Translations under genes and position numbers: made by a program | Notes under the pieces: generated by a model | What the model saw: only the letters and a program-made list of their open reading frames with translations | The model's database searches: none | Told to the model about the DNA's origin: nothing | DNA from: Caldisericia bacterium | GTDB taxonomy: Bacteria > Caldisericota > Caldisericia > B22-G15 | DNA length: 64,000 bases | Assembly: GCA_026414995.1 (NCBI GenBank) | Contig: JAOAHY010000004.1 | Coordinates: forward strand, 12,485 to 76,484 | Direction of reading: 5' to 3' | Part shown: in pieces, positions 8,980 through 18,833 of the stretch | Layout: each line of letters begins with the position of its first letter | How positions within the stretch are numbered: the first letter of the stretch is position 1

Positions 8980-10086
8980 TTACATTCCTTTAAAGGTTAA
9001 TTCTATTGCTGTATCTATAGATCTTTGTAATATTTCAGGCAGACCCTCAATTTTAACATTTAAAAACCCTCTTAAAATTAGTGAGATAGCGTCATCTTCT
9101 TTTATTCCTCTTGACATTAGATATTCAATTTCATCTTTAGCAATTTTTCCAACAATTGCTTCATGACTCATTTCAACATCTTTATTTTTAGAATATAATT
9201 CAGGAATTGTAATAATTTCTCCTAAATCTTTTAACATAATTCCGTTGCATTCCATATGTGCTTTAATATTCTTACCTTTTCCTATAAGTGACCCTTTTGA
9301 AATTATTTTTCCACCATCACTTATAACTCTACTTATTATTTCACCACTTGTTTCGTCACCATTCAAGAAAATTTTTCCACCAATATCAAGATGTGTATCT
9401 TTATCAGCAAAAAGAATTGAAACAAGTTTTGCTTTTGCTCTTTTTCCTACTAAATAAATATTAGGTTCACTTTGAGTACTTCTGACTTTCTTTAATGAAA
9501 CATAATTTGAAATAAATATTCCATCTTCATCTACAAGTGCTGCACTTCTAGGTCTAACAATAACATTGGGTGCCCAATCATGAATCATAGTAAAAGAAAT
9601 TTTTGCGCCTTTTTTAACATAAAATTCTGTAACTGCAATATGGGAACCTCTATCTGAATATGTTGCAGCTGCGCAACCATTTATTAAGTTTAACTCAGAG
9701 TTCTCTTCTGCTATCACTATATTATGAACTATTTGTGAATAACCTATCTTCTTGATCAAAAAACATGTTTGAATTGGTAAATGAGTTTTAACATTTGGTA
9801 AAGTTCTAATAAAAAAACCAGATAAGCCTTTTTTTGCTACTAGTCTAGTATAAACATCTTTATCTTTATCTATTATTCTAAAAATATAATTATTAAGTTC
9901 AGGATACTTTTCTAATGCTTCTTTAAGTTGTAAAATTTCAACACCTTCTTGCTTCAAACTTATATTATATATACCTTTATCAATAAACAAAAATGATCCA
10001 ATTCTATTTTTTTCTTCTATATCTACTCCAACTTTAAGGAGTTTTTCTATATCTTCTTTTTTTAAATCTTCATCTATGTTATACAT
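8980..10086 (-). CDS. sufB: SufB/SufD-family Fe-S scaffold (SmsB-like)
   Basis: Q.VHN.VIAE, VRPR, HMECNG, SHEA.VGKI and YLMSRG motifs; beta-helix SufBD pattern. Confidence 0.88.
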   Translation of the reverse strand: MYNIDEDLKKEDIEKLLKVGVDIEEKNRIGSFLFIDKGIYNISLKQEGVEILQLKEALEKYPELNNYIFRIIDKDKDVYTRLVAKKGLSGFFIRTLPNVKTHLPIQTCFLIKKIGYSQIVHNIVIAEENSELNLINGCAAATYSDRGSHIAVTEFYVKKGAKISFTMIHDWAPNVIVRPRSAALVDEDGIFISNYVSLKKVRSTQSEPNIYLVGKRAKAKLVSILFADKDTHLDIGGKIFLNGDETSGEIISRVISDGGKIISKGSLIGKGKNIKAHMECNGIMLKDLGEIITIPELYSKNKDVEMSHEAIVGKIAKDEIEYLMSRGIKEDDAISLILRGFLNVKIEGLPEILQRSIDTAIELTFKGM

Positions 10087-10811
10087 CTTTCACAACCTTT
10101 AAATCCATTTTCTTTTATGTTTCTTAAAATTTCATTTGGATTTCCTTCACATAAAATTTTTCCATCATATAAAACATAACCTCTGTCAACTTCAACAAAT
10201 TCAAGAATACCACCTGTATGTGTTATTATTATTCCAGATTTTTTTCTATTAACAATATTTAAATCTTTTTGTAAAAGTTTATTTATTGTATCACCTATAA
10301 TTTTTATATTTTCAAGGTCAACTCCAGATTCTGGTTCATCAAAAATTATAAAATCTGGGTCTTGAGCAATAAGTTGAATAAGTTCAGATCTTTTTAATTC
10401 TCCACCTGAAAAACCTAAATTAATATCTCTTTCAAGAAGGTCATTTAATTTTAAAATATCAATGTAATTCTTATAATTACTGTTATTTGATATAATTTCA
10501 AGAATCTTTTTAAATTTAATTCCTTTTATCGAAGGAGGCTTTTGAAATAAAACTCCAATTCCTAACTTTGCTCTTTCATCAATTGAAAGATCGTTTAATA
10601 ATTTATCTTTAAATATTATTTCTCCTTTTTTTATTTTATAACCACTAAAACCAAGGATTGTTAAAATTAGAGTTGTTTTGCCACTACCATTTGGGCCAAA
10701 TATAGATATTGTATCACCTTCTTTAATTGTAAGGTTTATTCCTCTTAAAATCTCTTTACCATCAACTTCAACATAAAGATCATTTATTCTTAAAATTTCT
10801 CTTTTCTCCAT
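10074..10811 (-). CDS. sufC: SufC-family ABC ATPase (SmsC-like)
   Basis: GPNGSGKTT, FSGGELKR, DEPESGVD, ITH; C-terminal CERC. Confidence 0.9.
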   Translation of the reverse strand: MEKREILRINDLYVEVDGKEILRGINLTIKEGDTISIFGPNGSGKTTLILTILGFSGYKIKKGEIIFKDKLLNDLSIDERAKLGIGVLFQKPPSIKGIKFKKILEIISNNSNYKNYIDILKLNDLLERDINLGFSGGELKRSELIQLIAQDPDFIIFDEPESGVDLENIKIIGDTINKLLQKDLNIVNRKKSGIIITHTGGILEFVEVDRGYVLYDGKILCEGNPNEILRNIKENGFKGCERCIT

Positions 10812-10880
10812 ATAAGACCTTTTTAAATTATAACACTAATATTATAATTGATATAATTTAACAAAAACAAGAGGTGTGTC

Positions 10881-12128
10881 ATGCTTGAAGTTGAAGAGAA
10901 AGCAAAAAAAGCATTTTTATCGAAAATAAAATTGGGTGAGTTAAGTAGTGAAATAAAAAATCATGTATTAAATATTATGGCTGATAAATTAATTCAAAAT
11001 ATTGAAAAAATTTTATATGAAAATAAAAAAGATATTTTAAATGGAGAAAAAAATGGTCTTTCGAAATCTTTGCTTGATAGATTATTGCTTAATGAAAAAA
11101 GGATTTTAGATATGGCACAAGGCATTAAAAATTTAGTATCACTTCCAGATCCAGTTGGTGAAATTGTAGAAGGAACTACAAGGCCAAATGGATTAATAAT
11201 TTTAAAAAAAAGGATCCCAATAGGTGTTGTTGGAATGATTTATGAAGCTAGACCAAATGTTACAGTTGACGCAATTTCTATTTGTTTAAAAAGTGGAAAT
11301 GCAGTTATCTTAAGAGGAGGTAGTGAAGCAATTAATTCTAATCTTATCCTTTATAAAATTTTAAGCGATGTTGCTTATAAAAATGGAATTCCTGATGGAG
11401 CTATTCAAATGATTGAAAATACAGATAGAAAAGAAGTAGAAGCAATGTTTAATTTAATTGAATATATTGATGTAATTATACCAAGGGGAAATAAGAATTT
11501 TATAGATTTTGTTAAAAGAAATTCAAAAGTTCCAGTTATTGAAACAGGAGCAGGTGTTGTTCACATATATATTGATAAAGAATTTGACTTAGAAATAGCT
11601 AAAAAAATATTAGTAAATGCAAAGGTTCAAAAGCCATCTGTTTGTAACGCAGTTGAAAAACTTTTAATTCATAAAGATATTCCAAAAGAATATGTAATTG
11701 AAATTTTAGATGAATTAAAGAATAATAATGTTGAAATTATTGGAGATAAATATATAAATTCAATTTATAAAGATTCAAAACCTGCAACTACAGAAGATTG
11801 GGATTTAGAATATCTTGATTTAAAAATAACAGTGGGTATTGTTAAAGATATTGATGAAGCAATAGAACACATAAATAAACATAGCACACATCATTCTGAA
11901 GCAATAATATCAAATAATTATGAAAACATAATGAAATTTTTGAATTTAGTTGATTCTGCTTGTGTATATGCAAATGCATCAACAAGATTTTCAGATGGTG
12001 GCGAGTTTGGATTAGGTGCAGAAATTGGAATTTCTACACAAAAATTACATGCAAGAGGACCTATGGGTTTAAGAGAATTAACTTCAACAAAATATATTAT
12101 TTTAGGTTCAGGTCAGATAAGAAAATAA
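10881..12128 (+). CDS. proA: Glutamate-5-semialdehyde dehydrogenase
   Basis: IYEARPNVT, LRGGSEA, PSVCNA, NASTRFSDG and ISTQKLHARGPMGL motifs. Confidence 0.97.
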   Translation: MLEVEEKAKKAFLSKIKLGELSSEIKNHVLNIMADKLIQNIEKILYENKKDILNGEKNGLSKSLLDRLLLNEKRILDMAQGIKNLVSLPDPVGEIVEGTTRPNGLIILKKRIPIGVVGMIYEARPNVTVDAISICLKSGNAVILRGGSEAINSNLILYKILSDVAYKNGIPDGAIQMIENTDRKEVEAMFNLIEYIDVIIPRGNKNFIDFVKRNSKVPVIETGAGVVHIYIDKEFDLEIAKKILVNAKVQKPSVCNAVEKLLIHKDIPKEYVIEILDELKNNNVEIIGDKYINSIYKDSKPATTEDWDLEYLDLKITVGIVKDIDEAIEHINKHSTHHSEAIISNNYENIMKFLNLVDSACVYANASTRFSDGGEFGLGAEIGISTQKLHARGPMGLRELTSTKYIILGSGQIRK

Positions 12129-12178
12129 TTGTTTATGCTAAACTTATATTGATTAAACCTTCTAAGGAGGTTAGAAAT

Positions 12179-12982
12179 ATGAAAATAAGTTTTTTTGGTG
12201 CAGGAAAAATGGGAGAAGCAATTTTATCAGGTTTAATTAACAAAGGTTTTAATAAAGAAGAAATATTTGTTTCTGAAATTGTTGAAGAAAGATTAAAATG
12301 CATAAAAGAAAAATATGGAATTAATGGTTCAAATAAAAGTTTAGATGCTTTTAACTTTGGTGACATTTTAATTTCTGCTGTTAAACCTCAAAACTTAAAA
12401 GATTTATCAGAGGAACTTAAAGAACAGGATTTTAAAGATAAAATTTTACTTTCTATAATGGCAGGTGTAAAAATAGAAAAATTATTAGAGTCATTTAAAG
12501 TAAAAAAAGTAGTAAGAACTATGCCTAATATAAATGCACAAATTGGTGAAGCTGTAACTCTATGGACAGATATTGGATTAAATGAAAGTGAAAGAGAATT
12601 TGTGAGAAAGATTTTATCATCATTTGGTGAAGAGATTTATGTTTTAAAAGAGGATCACATTGATATTGGAACATCAATTAGTGGTTCAGGTCCTGCTTAT
12701 GTTTTTTATTTTCTTGATGCTTTGATTGATGCAGGAGTTTATCTTGGTCTTTCAAGAGATGTTTCAGAAAAACTTTCAATTCAAACAATTTTAGGATCTA
12801 TTTTACTTAAAAAACAAACTCAAGAAGAAGCACATAAATTGATTCATATGGTAACATCCCCAGGTGGTACTACAATTGAAGCATTATATAAATTTGATGA
12901 GAATAGATTAAAATATACAATTATGAGTGGTGTTATTGAAGCATATAAAAAGAGTAAATTGCTTGGTGAAAGCAAAAAATAA
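12179..12982 (+). CDS. proC: Pyrroline-5-carboxylate reductase
   Basis: True start is ATG 12179 after AAGGAGG. GAGKMG, AVKPQ, RTMPN, SGSGPAY and VTSPGGTT motifs. Confidence 0.96.
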   Translation: MKISFFGAGKMGEAILSGLINKGFNKEEIFVSEIVEERLKCIKEKYGINGSNKSLDAFNFGDILISAVKPQNLKDLSEELKEQDFKDKILLSIMAGVKIEKLLESFKVKKVVRTMPNINAQIGEAVTLWTDIGLNESEREFVRKILSSFGEEIYVLKEDHIDIGTSISGSGPAYVFYFLDALIDAGVYLGLSRDVSEKLSIQTILGSILLKKQTQEEAHKLIHMVTSPGGTTIEALYKFDENRLKYTIMSGVIEAYKKSKLLGESKK

Positions 12983-13024
12983 CATTTATAAGTGATAATA
13001 GCAATTATGTTATAGGAGTTAATA

Positions 13025-13738
13025 ATGTATGAAAACATAAAAGTTAAAAAAGTTATTGAAAGAAATATCAAAGAATGGGATGGTAAAGGTGCTACAATTT
13101 TATATCTTGGTGGATGCAATTTTAGATGTCCTTATTGCAATCAGAGGGATTTAGTTTTAAATCCATCTTTACTTCCTGATATACCTTATGAAGAGATAAG
13201 AAATTTTTTATTGAGTAATAGAAAATGGATTGAAGTTGTGGTTATTAATGGTGGTGAGCCTTTTTTAAATCCTTCTCTTTTACCCTTACTTCAAGATTTA
13301 AAGAAATTAGGCTTTTTAACAAAAGTATTAACTAATGGTTCAAATGAAGCATTAATTAGAAAATTACTTCCAACAAAATTAATTGATTTACTTTCTATTG
13401 ATATTAAAGCTCCAATAAATGAATCAAAATACAAAGAAGTTGCGAAAGTAAGTATTGATTTAAGAAATATTAAAAATTTGTTACTTTTTTTAAAAAATAG
13501 TTCTTTTGATTATGAAATTTCAGTAACTCCTCATCCATCAACTATGAGCGAGGAAGATTTTGAAGAGATTATTGACAATATTGGTAGTATAAAAAGATTT
13601 GTTATTAGAAAAATCGAAAAAGGTGATTTTTTAGATGAAAAAATTAAAAATATAGATACATATTCAGATGAATTTATCCATATGCTTTATTTAAAAGCAA
13701 AAAGATGTTTTAAAGATGCATTAGTAAGATTGATCTAA
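13025..13738 (+). CDS. Radical SAM protein, anaerobic ribonucleotide reductase activase (NrdG-like) family
   Basis: GCNFRCPYC (CxxxCxxC), GGEP, TNGS and DIKAP motifs. Confidence 0.8.
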   Translation: MYENIKVKKVIERNIKEWDGKGATILYLGGCNFRCPYCNQRDLVLNPSLLPDIPYEEIRNFLLSNRKWIEVVVINGGEPFLNPSLLPLLQDLKKLGFLTKVLTNGSNEALIRKLLPTKLIDLLSIDIKAPINESKYKEVAKVSIDLRNIKNLLLFLKNSSFDYEISVTPHPSTMSEEDFEEIIDNIGSIKRFVIRKIEKGDFLDEKIKNIDTYSDEFIHMLYLKAKRCFKDALVRLI

Positions 13739-13776
13739 AAATTGTAAATTTAAATTATATTTTAACTTTTAATAAT

Positions 13777-14367
13777 ATGAATGATTTATTAAAAAAAGAT
13801 TTAGATATTGAGAAATATATTAAATTAAATAGATATTCAGAATTACTATTGAATTCACCAAAGAAAATTCCCATTATGTGTGAATTGAATTTAGATAAAA
13901 TTTATAAAAAATATATTGAAGAGTCATTTTACTATATAGATTATATAAATGATGGAGAAAAAGTTTTAGATTTAGGAAGTGGCGCTGGTTTCCCTGGGAT
14001 ACCTTTATCAATTATTCTTGAAAATTCTGATTTTTATTTAATTGATAGAAAACAAAATGTTTGTAAATTTTTAAATTATATAAAAGAAAATCTTAATTTA
14101 AATAATGTTTATATTTTAAACTTAAGAGCAGAAGAATTAAAAAAAGAAAAATTAAAGTTTAACAAAGTAGTTGCAAGAGCATTTAATAGAATAAATTATA
14201 TTTTAGATCTTATAGATGAAATAATATATAAAAATGGATTAGTGATTCTTGGAAAAGGAAGAAATTTAGACAATGAAATTAACTCTCAAATTAACAAAAA
14301 TTTTATGTTATATAAAAAAATAAAAACATATTTTGGTTATATTGTTGTTTATAAGAAAATTAATTAA
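13777..14367 (+). CDS. rsmG: 16S rRNA G527 N7-methyltransferase
   Basis: LDLGSGAGFPGIPL, RAEE and VARAF motifs. Confidence 0.88.
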   Translation: MNDLLKKDLDIEKYIKLNRYSELLLNSPKKIPIMCELNLDKIYKKYIEESFYYIDYINDGEKVLDLGSGAGFPGIPLSIILENSDFYLIDRKQNVCKFLNYIKENLNLNNVYILNLRAEELKKEKLKFNKVVARAFNRINYILDLIDEIIYKNGLVILGKGRNLDNEINSQINKNFMLYKKIKTYFGYIVVYKKIN

Positions 14368-14373
14368 ATATTA

Positions 14374-14401
14374 TTGAAAAAAATTAAATTTAATATAAAA
14401 T
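14374..14401 (+). promoter_or_regulatory. Probable promoter of the tRNA-Pro pair
   Basis: TTGAAA (14374-14379), 16-nt spacer, TAAAAT (14396-14401), 10 nt before the tRNA. Confidence 0.5.
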
Positions 14402-14411
14402 AAAGAGAGGT

Positions 14412-14489
14412 CGGGGCGTGGCGCAGGTTGGCTAGCGCACCAGCATGGGGTGCTGGGGGCCACTGGTTCAAGTCCAGTCGCCCCGACCA
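14412..14489 (+). tRNA. tRNA-Pro(GGG)
   Basis: CGGGGCG/CGCCCCG acceptor, anticodon arm CCAGC-AT-GGG-GT-GCTGG, GGTTCAAGTCC, ACCA end. Confidence 0.96.
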
Positions 14490-14511
14490 TTTTAATTTAA
14501 ATTACTAAAAA

Positions 14512-14588
14512 CGGGATATGGCCCAGTTTGGAAGGGCGCTTGGTTCGGGACCAAGAAGTCGTGGGTTCGAATCCCACTATCCCGACCA
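14512..14588 (+). tRNA. tRNA-Pro(CGG)
   Basis: CGGGATA/TATCCCG acceptor, anticodon arm CTTGG-TT-CGG-GA-CCAAG, GGTTCGAATCC, ACCA end. Confidence 0.96.
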
Positions 14589-14599
14589 GGAAGTGAAAA

Positions 14600-16036
14600 A
14601 TGGATAAAAGAATCCCTTTACTTTTTGCATTAAAAAATTATATTGATAAAAAAAGACCTGCATTTCATATGCCAGGTCACCACAGAGGAAAGGGTGTTCA
14701 TAAATTTTTAAAAGAACTCTGGGGTGAAAATATATTTTTATTTGATATTACAGAAGTTGAAGGTATGGATTACCTTCATAAACCAGAAGGTGTAATAAAA
14801 GAGGCACAAGAATTAGCAGCAAAGGCTTTCGGTGCAAAAAAAACTTTCTTTTTAATAAATGGAAGCACTGTAGGGAATCTTGTCATGCTTGTTTCAACAT
14901 TGAACCCAAAAGATAGTGTGATACTTCAAAGAAATTCCCACAGATCTATTATTGGTGGTCTCGCAGTTTTTGACTTAATTCCAGTATATATTCAATCTGA
15001 AATACATGAAACTACTGGTATTCCATGGGGTATTAAACCAGAAACATATGAAAAAGTTGTTAAAAATAATAATTCAAAAGTATCTTTTATAACTTCACCA
15101 AACTACTACGGAATGTGTGAAAATATTGAGGAGATATTAAAAATAGGTAGAAAGTATAATCAAACTATGCTTCTTGATGAAGCTCATGGTGTACACTTTC
15201 CTTTTAATTCAAAACTTCCAATTAGTGGAATAAAATTAGGATATGATATGATAGTTCAATCTGCTCATAAAACTCTTCCATCATTAACTCAAACTTCATT
15301 TTTACATATAAATGGAGAAAATATTGACATGGATAGAGTTTTTGATGCATTAACTTTTCTCGAGTCATCATCTCCAAGTTATCTTTTTATGACATCATTA
15401 GATGTTGTAAGATATCAAATGGAAACAGAAGGAGAGAAAATTTGGAATGAGGTTTTAGAGTTAGCAGAGTATACAAGAAATGAAATAAATAAAATAGATG
15501 GTTTGTACACTATTGGTAAAGAGATTCTTAATGATGGAATATATGATCTTGATTTAACAAAGATTACTGTTAATACAAAAAATATTGGTCTTACCGGATT
15601 TGAGGTTGAGGAAATTTTAAATAAAGAATATAATATAGAGATAGAACTCTCTGATTCAAATAATATACTTATATTTTTAACACCTGGAATAACTAAAGAT
15701 GAGATTGATGCTCTTATTTTAGCTTTGAAAGATATAGTTATGAAAAAAAGAAAAAAACCAATTGAAAATAATTTTGTTTTACCAGAAATACCACCTATGG
15801 CTGCAACTCCTAAAGAAGCGTTTTTAAGAGAAAAAGAAATTATTGAACTTACTAATGCAAAAGGAAGAATATCAGGAAAAATTGTTTCAGCATACCCTCC
15901 AGGTCTTCCAATTCTTGTTCCAGGTGAAATAATAACTGAAAATATTTTGAATTATTTATTAGATCTTAAATCACAAGGAGCTAATCTTCAAGGATTTATG
16001 GATAAAGATTATAACTTTATTAAAGTTTTAAAATAA
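14600..16036 (+). CDS. PLP-dependent Arg/Lys/Orn decarboxylase (Bacillus SpeA-like)
   Basis: FHMPGH, FLINGST, RNSHRS, DEAHG, QSAHKTL (PLP lysine), SSSPSY and YPPG.P motifs. Confidence 0.92.
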   Translation: MDKRIPLLFALKNYIDKKRPAFHMPGHHRGKGVHKFLKELWGENIFLFDITEVEGMDYLHKPEGVIKEAQELAAKAFGAKKTFFLINGSTVGNLVMLVSTLNPKDSVILQRNSHRSIIGGLAVFDLIPVYIQSEIHETTGIPWGIKPETYEKVVKNNNSKVSFITSPNYYGMCENIEEILKIGRKYNQTMLLDEAHGVHFPFNSKLPISGIKLGYDMIVQSAHKTLPSLTQTSFLHINGENIDMDRVFDALTFLESSSPSYLFMTSLDVVRYQMETEGEKIWNEVLELAEYTRNEINKIDGLYTIGKEILNDGIYDLDLTKITVNTKNIGLTGFEVEEILNKEYNIEIELSDSNNILIFLTPGITKDEIDALILALKDIVMKKRKKPIENNFVLPEIPPMAATPKEAFLREKEIIELTNAKGRISGKIVSAYPPGLPILVPGEIITENILNYLLDLKSQGANLQGFMDKDYNFIKVLK

Positions 16037-16071
16037 TATATAATAATAAAGTTGGTTTTTTAGGAGGGTAT

Positions 16072-16383
16072 ATGGAGGTTGACTTTATACAAAAGATTTA
16101 TGAAAAAGAAAAGGAAATAGAAGATAGAATTGAGAAATTTAAAAAGGATTTAGAAGAAGAAAGAAAAAAGTTTATAAAAGAAAATGAAGAATATTTAAAA
16201 AAAGTAGAAGAAGAATTTTCAAAGAAACTAGAAGAAGAGTTATTAAATTTAGAAAAAGAGTATGAAGATAAATTAAATCAAAAAATTGAAACAATAAAAG
16301 AAGATTTCAAAAACAAAAAAGAAAAATTTGAAAAGAACTTTGAAAAAGCATTTGATTTTATTTTAGGGAGGATTCTAGAATAA
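16072..16383 (+). CDS. A/V-type ATP synthase subunit H/G (peripheral stalk)
   Basis: Highly charged coiled-coil protein, first gene of the ATPase operon. Confidence 0.75.
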   Translation: MEVDFIQKIYEKEKEIEDRIEKFKKDLEEERKKFIKENEEYLKKVEEEFSKKLEEELLNLEKEYEDKLNQKIETIKEDFKNKKEKFEKNFEKAFDFILGRILE

Positions 16384-18333
16384 ATGGCAATAGATAGAAT
16401 GCTTGAAATTCATATCTTTTTGCCAAAAAAAGAATTTTCTAAATATTATCAATTTTTAAAACTCGAAGGCAAAGTTGAAATTGATGAAATCCAAAATATA
16501 AATGGTCTTTCATATTTTAAAGATAAAGATCCAGAAAAATATGATGAAATATTAAAACAAATTGAATTTTTAATACAAGAATTATCAAAATTTAAAAAGA
16601 AAGGTAATTTTATAAAAGATTTTATTCCAGAAAGAATTGAGTTAAGTTTTAGTGAACTTCAAAATTTAGTACACAATTTTGATATTAAAAAAGTTTATGA
16701 AAAAATACATAGTATAACAAAAAAAGAGGAAAAAATTAAAGATGAAATAAAAGATATAGAACATAAATTAAAAGTTCTTTCACCATATTATAACTTAAAT
16801 TTAAATATTGAAATTTTATCACTTATAAAAACTTTGAATTTAAAAATTGGTGAATTAAAAAAGGTAAATTTTAAAAAAATAGAAGAGAATAAAGAAAGAT
16901 GCGAGACAAGAATTATTTCAGAAGATAAAAATAATTTTTATATTTTAATTGGTTATAAAAGAGAAGATTTTGAATTTGAAAAATTACTCGAAAAATTGGA
17001 ATTCAAAGAATTAGAGATTAAGAATTTCAAAGGAAAACCTAAAGAAATTGTTGATATGTATAAAGATAAATTGATTTCATTAAATAAGACTCTTGAGGAT
17101 TTGGCTAAAGAAAAGAAAAAAGAATCTAACTCTATAAAAAAAATTGAAATAATAAGAGAGTATTACTTAGATAAAAAATATGAAGAAGAAACTAAATCAA
17201 AAATAGTTGAGTCAAAATTCTTAACCTATATATTCGGATATATTAGGGAAAAAGATTTTAATGAACTAAAAAATAAAACAAAAGAGAAATTTCAAAGAGT
17301 TTTAATATATGCTCAAGAACCAAAAAATATAGAAAAAGTTCCTGTTTCTCTTTCAAATAATAAATTTATTAAACCCTTTGAGATGCTTGTTAATATGTAT
17401 GGTTATCCTAAATATAGAGATTTTGATCCAACTCCTTTTTTAGCACCATTCTTTATTTTATTCTTTTCTCTTTGTTTTGGTGATGTAATATATGGATTGC
17501 TTCTAATACTAGGCTCTTTTTTTATAATTAAAAAATTTAATGTTCATGAAAAAGACAGGAATTTCTTTTATTTCTTTATAATTCTTGGTATATTTTCAAC
17601 TATTGTAGGAGTGTTAACAAATTCATATGCAGGTGATTTAATATCTTTTCCAAAACTTGCAATAATTGACCTTCTTGAGGAAAAACCAGGTGAAACTCCA
17701 GGTCTCATAAAAATGCTTATTTTTTCTCTTGCTGTTGGTTTTATAACACAAATTTTTGGTTTAATTTTAAAAGCATTAGATAATATCAGAAAAGGAAATA
17801 TATTAGATGCAATATTTGATCAATTTTCTTGGATTATTGCATTAATTGGAATTATTCTTTATATTGTTTTATCAAAAAATCCAATTTTATCTAAAATTGG
17901 TTTATATTTATTCATATCAGGAATTTTAATAATAGTATTAACTGGTGGAAGGAGTTCTAAAAAACTAACCGGAAAAATAATTGGTGGGATTGTTTCTTTA
18001 TATGGTATTGTGAGTTCATATGGTTTTTCTTCAGCATTAGGAGATATTCTTTCATATTCCAGATTACTTGCATTGGGATTTTCAACAACAGTCTTGGGAA
18101 TTCTTATAAACACAATCGCAAGGATGTTTTCAAAAGGAATTTTAGCACTGTTAATAATTCCATTAATTTTAGTATTAGGTCATGGATTAAATATATTTAT
18201 GGGTCTTTTGGGATCATTTGTTCATCCAACAAGGTTAATATTTTTAGAGTTTTTTGGGAGATTTTATGAAAATGGTGGAAAGAAATTTACACCATTTAAG
18301 TTTAAGAGTGAAAAAGTGATAATAAAAAACTAA
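16384..18333 (+). CDS. atpI: A/V-type ATP synthase subunit I (a)
   Basis: YG.P.Y..FDPT, GDV.YG, DILSYSRLLAL and H..RL..LEFF.RFY motifs. Confidence 0.95.
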   Translation: MAIDRMLEIHIFLPKKEFSKYYQFLKLEGKVEIDEIQNINGLSYFKDKDPEKYDEILKQIEFLIQELSKFKKKGNFIKDFIPERIELSFSELQNLVHNFDIKKVYEKIHSITKKEEKIKDEIKDIEHKLKVLSPYYNLNLNIEILSLIKTLNLKIGELKKVNFKKIEENKERCETRIISEDKNNFYILIGYKREDFEFEKLLEKLEFKELEIKNFKGKPKEIVDMYKDKLISLNKTLEDLAKEKKKESNSIKKIEIIREYYLDKKYEEETKSKIVESKFLTYIFGYIREKDFNELKNKTKEKFQRVLIYAQEPKNIEKVPVSLSNNKFIKPFEMLVNMYGYPKYRDFDPTPFLAPFFILFFSLCFGDVIYGLLLILGSFFIIKKFNVHEKDRNFFYFFIILGIFSTIVGVLTNSYAGDLISFPKLAIIDLLEEKPGETPGLIKMLIFSLAVGFITQIFGLILKALDNIRKGNILDAIFDQFSWIIALIGIILYIVLSKNPILSKIGLYLFISGILIIVLTGGRSSKKLTGKIIGGIVSLYGIVSSYGFSSALGDILSYSRLLALGFSTTVLGILINTIARMFSKGILALLIIPLILVLGHGLNIFMGLLGSFVHPTRLIFLEFFGRFYENGGKKFTPFKFKSEKVIIKN

Positions 18334-18341
18334 AGAAAGGA

Positions 18342-18833
18342 GTGGTTAATATGTCAGAAGTTTATGGGTTAGTTTTTGCAATTTTAGGTATGGCCTCTGC
18401 GATTACATTAGCTGGAATTGGATCTGCAATTGGTATTGGAATTTCAACAATGCAAACTGCTGGTGTTCTCTCAGAAAAGCCTCATTTATATGGAAAACTT
18501 TTCGTTATTACTGCACTTCCAGGAACACAAGGTTTTTATGGTTTCATACAACTTTTCTGGATTGCAACAAGAATAGGTTTGTTTGGAGGAGTTCCTAAAA
18601 TACCAGTTAATACCGGAATGCAGCTATTTTTTGTAGGTCTTGGAATGGGTATGGTTCAACTTATTTCTGCGATTTGGCAAGGAAAAGTTTCTGCAGCATC
18701 AATTAATCTTGTTGCAGAAAAAGAAGAAGAGGCAGGTAGAGCAATAATTTTACCAGGTCTTGTTGAAATTTATGCAGTCATATCACTTATTGCAGCAATC
18801 TTAGTAACTCAGTTTATAACCCAAGGTCTATGA
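18342..18833 (+). CDS. atpK: A/V-type ATP synthase subunit K (c), four-TM duplicated type
   Basis: GIGSAIG, LPGTQGFYG, SAIWQG and VEIYAV motifs, as in Enterococcus NtpK. Confidence 0.95.
   Translation: MVNMSEVYGLVFAILGMASAITLAGIGSAIGIGISTMQTAGVLSEKPHLYGKLFVITALPGTQGFYGFIQLFWIATRIGLFGGVPKIPVNTGMQLFFVGLGMGMVQLISAIWQGKVSAASINLVAEKEEEAGRAIILPGLVEIYAVISLIAAILVTQFITQGL

Noticed and set aside
11960-12178. 73-aa Cys/Trp-rich N-terminal extension of ProC in the ORF track
   Set aside because: Out-of-frame overlap with proA. A strong SD and the reductase motif start at ATG 12179.
13025-13738. Radical SAM protein as the missing AmmeMemoRadiSam component
   Set aside because: Too short and lacks the N-terminal Cys-rich segment of that family; motifs fit NrdG-like activases; 6.7 kb away in another unit.
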